Source: an uncultured Collinsella sp. (GTDB lineage: Bacteria > Actinomycetota > Coriobacteriia > Coriobacteriales > Coriobacteriaceae). From it: a DNA stretch of 64,000 nt. This document shows, one piece after another, positions 53,576 through 62,196 of this stretch (position 1 is its first letter; each line of letters opens with the position of its first letter). The stretch is from contig CABUNB010000002.1 in the NCBI GenBank assembly GCA_902492755.1, positions 13,774 to 77,773 on the forward strand, given 5' to 3'. The notes below the pieces were generated by a model. That model had not been told where the DNA came from and searched no databases. It saw nothing but the letters and a program-made list of their open reading frames with translations. The translations under genes were made by a program, and so were the position numbers.

Positions 53576-53648
53576 CCATGGCTAACCGTTTGCCATGGCT
53601 AACCAAGTTTAACCATGCATGATAGCGCGAACACGCAACGATGTTCAA
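53576..53648 (-). promoter_or_regulatory. Predicted feoAB promoter (TTGAAC-N18-TATCAT) followed by two direct GGTTAGCCATGG repeats
   Basis: On the minus strand, TTGAAC lies at 53643-53648 and TATCAT at 53619-53624. CCATGGCTAACC occurs at 53576-53587 and 53594-53605 on the plus strand, and GGTTAA lies in between. Confidence 0.45.
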
Positions 53649-53706
53649 TCGACAGATCGGTGCGAGGGGGGAGATTCTGGGCCATTGCTTCCCAGACGGA
53701 CCTGCT

Positions 53707-53893
53707 GCGGAAACTGAATCCCACTCCGGAGCACCTAAACGGGATGGGCTTTCCGGTTGAGGCATCTAGCGGAAACTGCAGCCCGGAATCGGCACTCAGA
53801 CTGGGATGCAATTTCCCAATGGGGCCCTCGGGGAAACTGCGGCCCGGAATCTGCTCTCGAAACGGGACGCGGTTTCCCCGAGGACCGAAACAG
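53707..53893. repeat. Three tandem hairpin units of about 62 nt (GCGGAAACTG..CCCGGAATC..AAACGGGA..TTTCC)
   Basis: Units start at 53707, 53769 and 53830. Each can pair GGAAA with TTTCC and an inner xCCC with GGGx, and the stems show compensatory differences between units. Confidence 0.75.
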
Positions 53894-54010
53894 CCGCCCG
53901 CCCCTCGACAAAATGATCCGTTCCCTCCGTCGCATGCGGAACATCCAAGGAGTGTCCCAGGGTGCTGGCACAATAGAAACGTCCCCAGCTGCCGGCAGCA
54001 TTTCGCCGCA

Positions 54011-54055
54011 ACAGCAAAAGCCCGCGCTGGCAACAAATGTCACCTGCGCGGGCTT
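54011..54055 (-). terminator. Terminator after the amino-acid antiporter gene
   Basis: 10-bp stem AAGCCCGCGC/GCGCGGGCTT, followed on the minus strand by TTTTGCTGT. Confidence 0.7.
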
Positions 54056-54168
54056 GGTGGGCGCTCACAAAGGCACGTTACAGAGGCCCACGTCAGTTAT
54101 GGATTACCGGACGGCACCGGCACGCGATGCCTCCGTCGGCTTACCAAGCGATGAAGCTTGCCGCAGTC

Positions 54169-55632
54169 TTAGACTATCGGCGCAATGCCGGCAAAGTGCA
54201 GATACAGCGAAATGATTGCCACGACAATGACCACCGCCGCGATCAGCTTGTCGTGCAGATGCGGAAGCACCGGTTTACCGCGGCCTCGCTCGCCCAGCAT
54301 ATAAACGGGAATGGCCGGAGCAAAAAGAATCGTCGTGATCATAACGCCCTGAAGACCCGTCGACCACACCAGGAACAATGTGTAGATGAAGCCGAGCGTA
54401 CCGAAGAAGCGGGCTTTGCCGACGCTGGGCGCATGCGGCCCGTCCAGATGCTCGTTCTTCCAGCCAATCACCATGTAATAGGCAGCCGAGCAGACATACG
54501 GAACCAGAATCGTGTTGACTGCGCAGCTATAGAAGAACTGGTAGGTGCTCGCCGCCACATACGACACGATCAAGAAGAGCTGCGTGATGCCGGAGCTCAC
54601 GAGAACCGTTACCACCGGGGCGTCGTGCTTGTTCGTCTTGGCAAACGCCAGAGGGAAGGATCCCTGGCGCGCCGCCTCGAACGGCGTCTCGGACGCAATG
54701 ATGACATAGCCCAGCAGCGCGCCGACCAACGAAAGGATAACGCCAAGGTTTACGATGGCAGCGCCAACCGGACCGATTGCGCACTCGAGAATTCCCGCCA
54801 TGGAGGGCGTTGCAAGCTGTGCCATCTCCTCGCGCGGCATAATGCCGAGCGACAGCATCGAGATGATCAGATACAGCGTGAATACAGCCGCAAATCCGAG
54901 CGCCGTCGAGCGACCGACGTCACGCACGTACTTTGCACGGCCCGAGATAACGACTGCGCCCTCGATGCCCGTGAAGACCCAGACAAGGGCGATCATGGTC
55001 GAGACAACCTGCTCGCCAAAGCCAGGACCAGCCGGCTCTCCCCAGAAGTTGTCCATAAAGATATCGACGTTGAACTTACCCAGGAGCACGATACTCAGCA
55101 CAAAGAGCCCCAGCGGCACCAGCTTCGCCAACGTGACGATCGTGTTAATGCCCGCAGCCTCCTTAACGCCACGAAGCACAAGGGCGGTAAGGAACCACAA
55201 AAACACGCTGGCGCAGACGATGGAAAGCAGGTTGTTACCCGCGCCAAACGCAGGGAAGAAATAGCCCAGCGCGCTAAACAGCAAGAGCGCAAAGCTCACG
55301 TTGGAAAGACATGCGCTGATCCAGTAGCCCCAAGCGGAGTTGAATCCAATGTAATCGCCAAAACCGGCTGCAGCGTATGCATAGATGCCGCCGGTCAGGT
55401 CGGGACGGGCCTGAGACAAACCGTTGAACACCATCATCAGCGCAAAGACGCCAATAAAGCAAATTCCCCACGAGACGATAACCGCACCGGTATTTGCCCC
55501 GCCTGCTGCCATATCGCCGGCAAGCGAAAAGATGCCGCCACAAATACTGGCGGTAATGACCATCATGGTCAGACGAAAGAGATCGAGGCCATTAGGGTCG
55601 ATAATCTCTTCATTTTGAGCTTTAGAGGCCAT
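54169..55632 (-). CDS. APC-superfamily basic amino acid/polyamine antiporter (ArcD-like)
   Basis: 487 aa with about 12-13 TM segments. The N-terminal pattern LTMMVITASICGGIFSLAGDMA resembles the arginine/ornithine antiporter family. Confidence 0.8.
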   Translation of the reverse strand: MASKAQNEEIIDPNGLDLFRLTMMVITASICGGIFSLAGDMAAGGANTGAVIVSWGICFIGVFALMMVFNGLSQARPDLTGGIYAYAAAGFGDYIGFNSAWGYWISACLSNVSFALLLFSALGYFFPAFGAGNNLLSIVCASVFLWFLTALVLRGVKEAAGINTIVTLAKLVPLGLFVLSIVLLGKFNVDIFMDNFWGEPAGPGFGEQVVSTMIALVWVFTGIEGAVVISGRAKYVRDVGRSTALGFAAVFTLYLIISMLSLGIMPREEMAQLATPSMAGILECAIGPVGAAIVNLGVILSLVGALLGYVIIASETPFEAARQGSFPLAFAKTNKHDAPVVTVLVSSGITQLFLIVSYVAASTYQFFYSCAVNTILVPYVCSAAYYMVIGWKNEHLDGPHAPSVGKARFFGTLGFIYTLFLVWSTGLQGVMITTILFAPAIPVYMLGERGRGKPVLPHLHDKLIAAVVIVVAIISLYLHFAGIAPIV

Positions 55633-55741
55633 TGTATGTGCACCCCCTTCATCATGTGATCGAACGAAAGATGGCCCGGACGTCCCGAATCGGGTGCCGG
55701 GCCATCGGTCAAGCGATCATCAGACTGTTACAGCTATCGCG

Positions 55742-56518
55742 TTAGAAGCGCAGCGACAGGCAAGAAAGGCCGCCGTCGACCTTGCGATACTCGGAGGTGT
55801 CAACGACGAGTGTCTTGTAGCCCAGATCCTGCACGGCCTTGAGCACAGTCGGATAGCCCTCGGCAACGATGACCGTACCGTTGACCCAGATGCAGTTTGC
55901 GCCGTACGCCTCGTCCTCGGGCACGACGATCTTGTTGTACTGGGCAAAGTCGGGCTTATCGATGAACTCACCAGAGACGAGCATGTTGTTGTCCTCGATG
56001 TAGTTGACGCCCGTCTTGAGGTGCAGGACCTCCTCCAGCGGAACCTCAGAACCCTCGAGGCCCCAGCCCTCGAGAATCTCACAGAACTGGCGGATGCCCT
56101 CTTCGTTGGTACGAGCGGAGCGACCGACGTAGGAATGGTCACCGACCATCATGACGTCGCCGCCGTCGAGCGTGCCCGGAGAAACGATGTGCTTGACATG
56201 CTCGTCGTCAAAGAAGCGACGGACGGCCGGCTCGATCTCGTCCTTCTCGCCGTTGCGGCTATCGGCGCCGGGGTTGGTAATGATGGCGCCGCAGCGAGTG
56301 ATAACGGCCGGATCTTCGACGAAGCAGCTGTCAGGATACTGCTCGAGGGCGGGCAGCACCGAGACATCCACGCCGCACTGCTCGAGCGCATGCTCGTAAT
56401 CGTAGTGCTCCTCGATGGCACGCTCGTAGATGGGCTGGCCAAGCTCGGGGGCACTCGTGATGCCATTGCTCAGGGACTTGCCAGGACGGCGGATGATGAC
56501 GTGGCTGAACTTGGTCAT
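55742..56518 (-). CDS. Dimethylarginine dimethylaminohydrolase (DDAH)-like amidinotransferase-fold enzyme
   Basis: 258 aa. The C-terminal catalytic Cys context is DGGLSCLSLRF, as in bacterial DDAH. An internal HLKTG motif is present. Confidence 0.75.
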   Translation of the reverse strand: MTKFSHVIIRRPGKSLSNGITSAPELGQPIYERAIEEHYDYEHALEQCGVDVSVLPALEQYPDSCFVEDPAVITRCGAIITNPGADSRNGEKDEIEPAVRRFFDDEHVKHIVSPGTLDGGDVMMVGDHSYVGRSARTNEEGIRQFCEILEGWGLEGSEVPLEEVLHLKTGVNYIEDNNMLVSGEFIDKPDFAQYNKIVVPEDEAYGANCIWVNGTVIVAEGYPTVLKAVQDLGYKTLVVDTSEYRKVDGGLSCLSLRF

Positions 56519-56615
56519 GATGATCCTCCTTGGATCTCTTAGCAGAGAGCGGGACTTCTTCGCGCCCGCCTTCCTTTCGATGTCTTTATCTTAGGGCGGT
56601 TTTCTTGTTTTGTAT

Positions 56616-56627
56616 ATTGTATACAAT
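56616..56627. promoter_or_regulatory. Perfect 12-bp palindrome ATTGTATACAAT, candidate GntR/FadR-type operator
   Basis: It lies in the divergent region between the DDAH-like operon and the GntR gene. It fits the GT-N-AC core typical of GntR operators. Confidence 0.5.
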
Positions 56628-56773
56628 CATGAACGGTAGGTATTCTTCGGTAAGCGTATTCTTACGTATCGGCGCAAAGTAGCACGATTTAACTGGTCGT
56701 TCTATAATTCAACTGAGCTATTCAAGCGAAACGTATTTAATTTTAGAAATATACCATTAAGGAACATAAGCTC

Positions 56774-57424
56774 ATGGAAACGCTCAGAAGGCCCCTGAAG
56801 GACCACGTATACGACTATATTTCGAGCCGTATTGACGCCGGCGAGCTTTCGGCCGGCGACCGGCTGAGCGAGCAGGCGATCTGCGATGCCATGGGCGTGT
56901 CGCGCACACCGGTCCGCGAAGCGCTCATCCAGCTGGCAAGCGACGGCTACCTGGACAATCTCCCCCGCCGCGGATTCCGCGTCCGTGGGTTCGATCAGCA
57001 AAACGCCGTTGAAGTCTTTGAGATTATGGGGCCGCTCGACGGGCAGGCCGCATATCTCGCCTGTCCGAATCTAACTGACGACGATATTACGCAGCTGAAA
57101 TTTCTCGTCGGCTCCATGGACCTCGCGATCCAAGGCGGTCTCATCCGTAAGTATGACGACATTCAGCGAGACTTTCACCTTACGTACTTCAACCGCTGTG
57201 GCAACGATCGTCTGCGCGACATGATTTCACAGCTCGAGCGTTGCTTTATCAAGCGCGATTACGAGACTGTTGACCAGGAGACGGCGTGTAAGCTGCTCAA
57301 TAAAGCCAACAACGAACATGCTCATATTCTTGAGTTGTTCGAAGCACGAGATGCGACGGGCGTGCGCGACTACGTTCGCGATGTCCATTGGAACACAGAA
57401 AACGCCCAGTTCACCGTCTGGTAG
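56774..57424 (+). CDS. GntR-family transcriptional regulator (FadR/FCD subfamily)
   Basis: 216 aa. N-terminal wHTH (LSEQAICDAMGVSRTPVREALIQLASDGYL) plus an all-helical C-terminal domain. Confidence 0.85.
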   Translation: METLRRPLKDHVYDYISSRIDAGELSAGDRLSEQAICDAMGVSRTPVREALIQLASDGYLDNLPRRGFRVRGFDQQNAVEVFEIMGPLDGQAAYLACPNLTDDDITQLKFLVGSMDLAIQGGLIRKYDDIQRDFHLTYFNRCGNDRLRDMISQLERCFIKRDYETVDQETACKLLNKANNEHAHILELFEARDATGVRDYVRDVHWNTENAQFTVW

Positions 57425-57478
57425 GAAAGCAACAAGGGACGACGTCGGTCTTAAACCTTGGCGCCAGCACCGCCCAAA

Positions 57479-57500
57479 CTGATCCGTTTTCCTCCGTCCC
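57479..57500 (-). repeat. Copy of the 22-mer GGGACGGAGGAAAACGGATCAG (reverse orientation)
   Basis: The plus strand reads CTGATCCGTTTTCCTCCGTCCC, which matches 3927-3948 in reverse complement at 22/22. Confidence 0.8.
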
Positions 57501-57696
57501 CGAGGGGTCATTCTTTTGGCAGCCAAGACAACGCCGATATTTTGACGCCGACAGCAAAAGCCCGCCAGAGCGAGCAAGGTGCCTTGAAACGAGGCGGCGT
57601 TGACCTTTTGGTCATGCCGCCGAAGCTGAAAGGCAGATTGCCGTCCTGGCGGGTTTGCAGCGTCATGCGGTTACGGCGTTTGGTAAAACGCCGTAA

Positions 57697-58599
57697 CTAA
57701 AACCCGTGGCGCTCCAGGAAGCGGAAGGCTAGGCGAATCCAGGGACGGACTGCCACCTGCTTGTCCTCGTTGTCGACCGCGGTGTTGGCGTTGCCGAGCG
57801 AAAGGCCGTGGCCACCTTGGTCAAAGACGTGCATCTCGCATGCAACGCCCTCCTCGGCCATGCGCTGCGCAAACGGGTAGACCTGCGCGATCGGCGCCGT
57901 CTTGTCGTCGGACACGCCCCACACAAAAGTCGGCGGCATCTGGCGCGAAACATGCGTGGTGGGGCAGATGTCGGCCAGATGCTCGTCAGTTGCCTCGCCG
58001 CCCGTCACCATCGACAGGTAGTCGTTGAGCAAATCGCGCCCCGTCTTGCCGCCCGTCTTGGGCACGCGCAAGTCAATGCGCGGATCGCGCGTCTGCATGT
58101 CGCGCACATAGGCAAAGTCGAGCAATGGATAGCCCAGCACCACGGCATCGGGACGAATGTCGTCCGGACGCGCCCCGGCAAGTGCCGCGAAGGGGCCGGT
58201 CTTCCACTGTGTTGCCAGCGAGGCGCAAATCATGCCGCCAGCAGAAAAGCCCACGACGCACACGCACTTGGGGTCGACATGCCACTCGTCGGCATTCGCG
58301 CGCACCGTGGCGACCATCTTGGCAAGATCTGCCTGGGGGTGCGGAAAGCTCACGTCACCCGTAGAACTCGTGACATAGTTGAGCACAAAGGCCTGGTAGC
58401 CGCGGTCCAAAAATGCAAACGCCACCGGGTCCTGCTCGTGCGGAGCGACATGCGTAAACCCGCCTCCGCCGCAGATGATCGCCGCGGGGCGGCGGCCATT
58501 CGGTTTATCGGGCAGCGGCTCGGCACCCAAATACGTAAACGTCGCCGGATAATCCTCGGTCGGCTCCTCGCCCCACAGCGCATGGTTCTCGACAATCAT
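57697..58599 (-). CDS. Alpha/beta hydrolase (esterase/lipase-like)
   Basis: ORF 57697..58938 trimmed to the ATG at 58599. It has the nucleophile elbow GFSAGG and an oxyanion-type GGGGF motif. Confidence 0.8.
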   Translation of the reverse strand: MIVENHALWGEEPTEDYPATFTYLGAEPLPDKPNGRRPAAIICGGGGFTHVAPHEQDPVAFAFLDRGYQAFVLNYVTSSTGDVSFPHPQADLAKMVATVRANADEWHVDPKCVCVVGFSAGGMICASLATQWKTGPFAALAGARPDDIRPDAVVLGYPLLDFAYVRDMQTRDPRIDLRVPKTGGKTGRDLLNDYLSMVTGGEATDEHLADICPTTHVSRQMPPTFVWGVSDDKTAPIAQVYPFAQRMAEEGVACEMHVFDQGGHGLSLGNANTAVDNEDKQVAVRPWIRLAFRFLERHGF

Positions 58600-58785
58600 A
58601 TGTGCTCCCTTCGCGCAAATTATGCGCACTCTTTTTTCGCATCTAAGCGTACCCCACTTGAACCCGTGGCGCAGAAACACACCAGCAATAAGTTTCCCTC
58701 CAACTGATATATCACATAATCCCAGCTCAGAGGTATCGCTGAGCAGCGTAGAATAGGGGGCGTTGACCAAGCCGCGAAACACATA

Positions 58786-58797
58786 TGAAACGTTTCC
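58786..58797. promoter_or_regulatory. LacI/CcpA-type palindrome TGAAACGTTTCC upstream of the PTS EIIA gene
   Basis: It contains the 10-bp perfect palindrome GAAACGTTTC, 47 nt upstream of the ATG at 58844. TTGACC lies at 58763-58768. Confidence 0.4.
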
Positions 58798-58843
58798 GGC
58801 AAACCAAACGCGCGATATGCGCCTATTTAAGTTGGAGGCAACT

Positions 58844-59407
58844 ATGGGTCTGCTCGATTCGCTTAAGTCCACCTTCACCTCGACCGGCGAGGCGTCCGTT
58901 CCGCCCTCAGCAAGCTTCGCCACCCGCGAAGGCGTCATCTATGCCCCCGTCAACGGCGTGCTCGTCAACCTGGACGAGGTTCCCGACGAGACGATCGCCT
59001 CGGGCATGCTTGGCCAGGGCTATGGCATCGAGCCCATTACCGGCACCATCTATGCGCCCGCCAACGGCCGCATCGGCGCCACCACTGTCACCAACCACTC
59101 CATCGGCATGATCACCGAGGACGGTCTTCGCGTGTTCATCCATGTCGGCCTGGGCACCGTGGAAATGAACGGCAAGGGTTTTGCCCGCTTTGTCGAGATG
59201 GGCGATGTGGTCAAGGCAGGCCAGCCGCTCATCAGCTTCGACCGCGAGGCCATTAAGGCCGCTGGTCACGAGGACATCGTGACCGTCATCGTCTCCGAGC
59301 TCGATCGTCTTAAGAGCATCGACCATGTCGGCGAGTCTGGAACGCTTATCGGCGGCAACCCGCTCGTCAAGCTTGGCGACCCGCTGCTGGTAGCCAAGAC
59401 CAAGTAG
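58844..59407 (+). CDS. PTS glucose-family EIIA component (stand-alone)
   Basis: ORF trimmed to the ATG at 58844, preceded by GGAGG. The two-His region is [26 protein letters not shown]. Confidence 0.88.
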   Translation: MGLLDSLKSTFTSTGEASVPPSASFATREGVIYAPVNGVLVNLDEVPDETIASGMLGQGYGIEPITGTIYAPANGRIGATTVTNHSIGMITEDGLRVFIHVGLGTVEMNGKGFARFVEMGDVVKAGQPLISFDREAIKAAGHEDIVTVIVSELDRLKSIDHVGESGTLIGGNPLVKLGDPLLVAKTK

Positions 59408-59445
59408 CCAGGCCCCGCGCCACACAGCCAAAAGGCACCTCGTCA

Positions 59446-59483
59446 AGTGCCCGCGACCATTTGGCCGCGGGCACTTTTCGTTT
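59446..59483 (+). terminator. Rho-independent terminator after the EIIA gene
   Basis: Stem AGTGCCCGCG.CC/GG.CGCGGGCACT followed by TTTCGTTT. Confidence 0.75.
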
Positions 59484-59588
59484 GAAAAACCATCCCGCCA
59501 ATGCCTTATCTGTATAGCCCAAATGAGCCGAGCTGCTAGAATATCGAACTGTATGGATAACTATCATTCAACCGTTATGGGAGGATAC

Positions 59589-60992
59589 GTGAACCGCACC
59601 AAAATCGCGCAGCTCTATGCCGATGCCGAGTCGCTCGGCGGCCAGACCGTCACCGTCGCCGGCTGGGTCAAGTCCGTCCGCGACATGAAGAACTTTGGCT
59701 TTGTTACGCTCAACGACGGCAGCTGCTTCCGCGACCTGCAGGTCGTCATGAACCGCGAGGCGCTCGACAACTACGACGAGATCGCCCATCAAAACGTCTC
59801 GGCCGCACTCATTTGCACCGGCACCGTCAAGCTGACCCCCGATGCGCCCCAGCCTTTCGAGCTTTCTGCCACCTCCATCGAGGTCGAGGGCACGAGCGCC
59901 CCGGATTACCCGCTGCAGAAGAAGCGCGCAACCGTCGAGTTCCTGCGCACCCAGCAGCACCTGCGCCCGCGCACCAACCTGTTCCGCGCCGTCTTCCGCA
60001 TCCGCTCTGTCGCGGCTGCCGCCATCCACCGCTTCTTCCAGGAGCAGGGCTTTGTCTACGTCAACACCCCCATCATCACCACGAGTGACTGCGAGGGCGC
60101 CGGCGAGATGTTCCGCGTGACCACGCTCGACCCCAAAAATCCGCCCCTCACTGAGTCCGGCGAGGTCGACTGGAGCCAGGACTTCTTTGGCAAGCATGCA
60201 AGCCTCACCGTGTCCGGCCAGCTCAATGCCGAGAACTTTGCCATGGCCTTTGGCGACGTGTACACCTTTGGCCCCACCTTCCGCGCCGAAAACTCCAACA
60301 CCACGCGCCACGCCGCCGAGTTTTGGATGATCGAGCCCGAGATGGCCTTTGCCGATCTGAACGACTACATGGATAACGCCGAGGCCATGCTCAAGTACGT
60401 CCTTAAGGACGTTATGGCCACCTGCCCCGACGAGCTCAACATGCTCAACAAGTTTGTGGACAAGGGCCTGGTCGAGCGCCTGGACCACGTGGCAAACTCC
60501 GACTTTGCCCGCGTTACCTACACCGAGGCCGTCGAGATCCTGGAGCAGGCAGTCGCTGCTGGCCACAAGTTTGATTACCCCGTCAGCTGGGGCATCGACC
60601 TGCAGACCGAGCACGAGCGCTTCCTGACCGAGGAGCACTTTAAGCGCCCGACCTTCGTAACCGACTACCCGGCAGAGATCAAGGCCTTCTACATGCGTAT
60701 GAACGACGACGGCAAGACCGTCGCCGCCGCCGACTGCCTAGTGCCGGGCATCGGCGAGATCATCGGTGGCTCCCAGCGCGAGGAGCGCCTGGACCTGCTC
60801 GAGGGTCGCATTAAGGATCTTGGCATGGCCCCCGAGCAGTACAAGTACTACCTTGACCTGCGCCGCTACGGTTCCTGCAAGCACGCCGGCTACGGTCTGG
60901 GCTTCGAGCGCTTGGTGATGTACCTCACCGGCGTGGGCAACATCCGCGACGTCCTGCCGCACCCGCGCACCGTGGGCAACGCCGACTTCTAA
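59589..60992 (+). CDS. asnS: Asparagine-tRNA ligase
   Basis: GTG at 59589 lies 5 nt after GGAGG. It has an OB-fold N-terminus and class IIb motifs ([30 protein letters not shown]). Confidence 0.9.
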   Translation: MNRTKIAQLYADAESLGGQTVTVAGWVKSVRDMKNFGFVTLNDGSCFRDLQVVMNREALDNYDEIAHQNVSAALICTGTVKLTPDAPQPFELSATSIEVEGTSAPDYPLQKKRATVEFLRTQQHLRPRTNLFRAVFRIRSVAAAAIHRFFQEQGFVYVNTPIITTSDCEGAGEMFRVTTLDPKNPPLTESGEVDWSQDFFGKHASLTVSGQLNAENFAMAFGDVYTFGPTFRAENSNTTRHAAEFWMIEPEMAFADLNDYMDNAEAMLKYVLKDVMATCPDELNMLNKFVDKGLVERLDHVANSDFARVTYTEAVEILEQAVAAGHKFDYPVSWGIDLQTEHERFLTEEHFKRPTFVTDYPAEIKAFYMRMNDDGKTVAAADCLVPGIGEIIGGSQREERLDLLEGRIKDLGMAPEQYKYYLDLRRYGSCKHAGYGLGFERLVMYLTGVGNIRDVLPHPRTVGNADF

Positions 60993-61038
60993 TCGTCGGA
61001 CGCTAGCTCGCGTCGCCACACGCCAACGCTCATCGTAC

Positions 61039-61075
61039 AAGCGTCTCTCGGCATCGGTCGAGAGACGCTTTTTTC
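61039..61075 (+). terminator. Rho-independent terminator after asnS
   Basis: 12-bp stem AAGCGTCTCTCG/CGAGAGACGCTT followed by TTTTTT. Confidence 0.85.
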
Positions 61076-61250
61076 AACAGCATCCGTCAAGCTTTTGGCA
61101 AGCTTTTGGTCAGTTGAGCATGGCTGTTGAAAACTCGACCCGCCGTTTGCCGACGACTACCGACCGCCCAGAGCGCTCTGCGCCCCTGGGAAAGCCCCAC
61201 GTCCTAGGCTCCATACCGTCGCCACCCAAAACGGAAAGGACGTGGGCACG

Positions 61251-62036
61251 ATGACCGAAGCCGCTGTTGAAACCTACGACACCACGACGAGAGGCGCCGC
61301 CTCGATGGCAGCCTATCGCGCCGTTCGCATCCTGCAACTATTAAGCGAAAACACTGGCGAGGACAAGGCCATGCTTTCCGATGAGTTGATCCGGCGCCTC
61401 GCCCATCCCGACGACCCCGCCCGCATGCCCATCTCGGCGGCGCGGCGCAGCATCTACACCGCCATCTCCGCGCTTCGCCATGCCGGATACGAAATTGAGT
61501 ACAAACGCGGCGTGGGCTACAAACTTCTTACCCGTCCGCTCACCGATGAAGAGATCATCCGGCTCCACGGTATGGTCATGCGCAACCGCTCCACGCCTAT
61601 CGCTATCCGCAAGAGCATGGCGCAGCACTTAGTTGCCATGGCGAGTGCCGACGTTCGCGGCTACCTCGATACGCCCGAACCCGTTCCGAGCGCAGGCAGC
61701 AAGGCTACCAAGGCAACACGCACGCCCATCAAGCGTATCGACACGTGCGAGCTCGTCGAGCAGGCCATCGACCACGGAACCACGGTGAGTTTTGATATTT
61801 CGAGCGTCACGGCACGTGGCGAAACCGAAGTAGCACGGATGACACTCCGCCCCTTTGCCATCAGGCAGCGCGATGGCATCTCGTATCTGCTGGGAACGGT
61901 CTACGACGCCCGAGGCACCGACGATACGCTGCGCACCGTCGAGATCGCCCGTATGAGAAACGTCAGCACGCGCCTGCTCGACGGCAAGAAGCTCTTCGCC
62001 GCCCTGGACGAGGACGACGCCTCCTCCGCCGCATAA
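61251..62036 (+). CDS. HTH plus WYL-like domain transcriptional regulator
   Basis: The ATG at 61251 is preferred over the GTG at 61242 because AAAGGA lies 10 nt upstream. It has an N-terminal wHTH (RILQLLSENTG...IYTAISALRHAGYEIEY) and a C-terminal RPFAIRQRDGISYLLG pattern. Confidence 0.6.
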   Translation: MTEAAVETYDTTTRGAASMAAYRAVRILQLLSENTGEDKAMLSDELIRRLAHPDDPARMPISAARRSIYTAISALRHAGYEIEYKRGVGYKLLTRPLTDEEIIRLHGMVMRNRSTPIAIRKSMAQHLVAMASADVRGYLDTPEPVPSAGSKATKATRTPIKRIDTCELVEQAIDHGTTVSFDISSVTARGETEVARMTLRPFAIRQRDGISYLLGTVYDARGTDDTLRTVEIARMRNVSTRLLDGKKLFAALDEDDASSAA

Positions 62037-62196
62037 GACCCTCCGCCGCCCATTCGACTACCCGTACCGCCCATCCGATTCTGTATTAAAAAACCCGCCA
62101 GGCTGTTGTAAAAATGGACATCAGCGCTACTATAGTTCCACTTGCACTTTGTCCCAGTGCAGTGTTTCCAGCCATTTTTATACTGGGGGTAATGAT

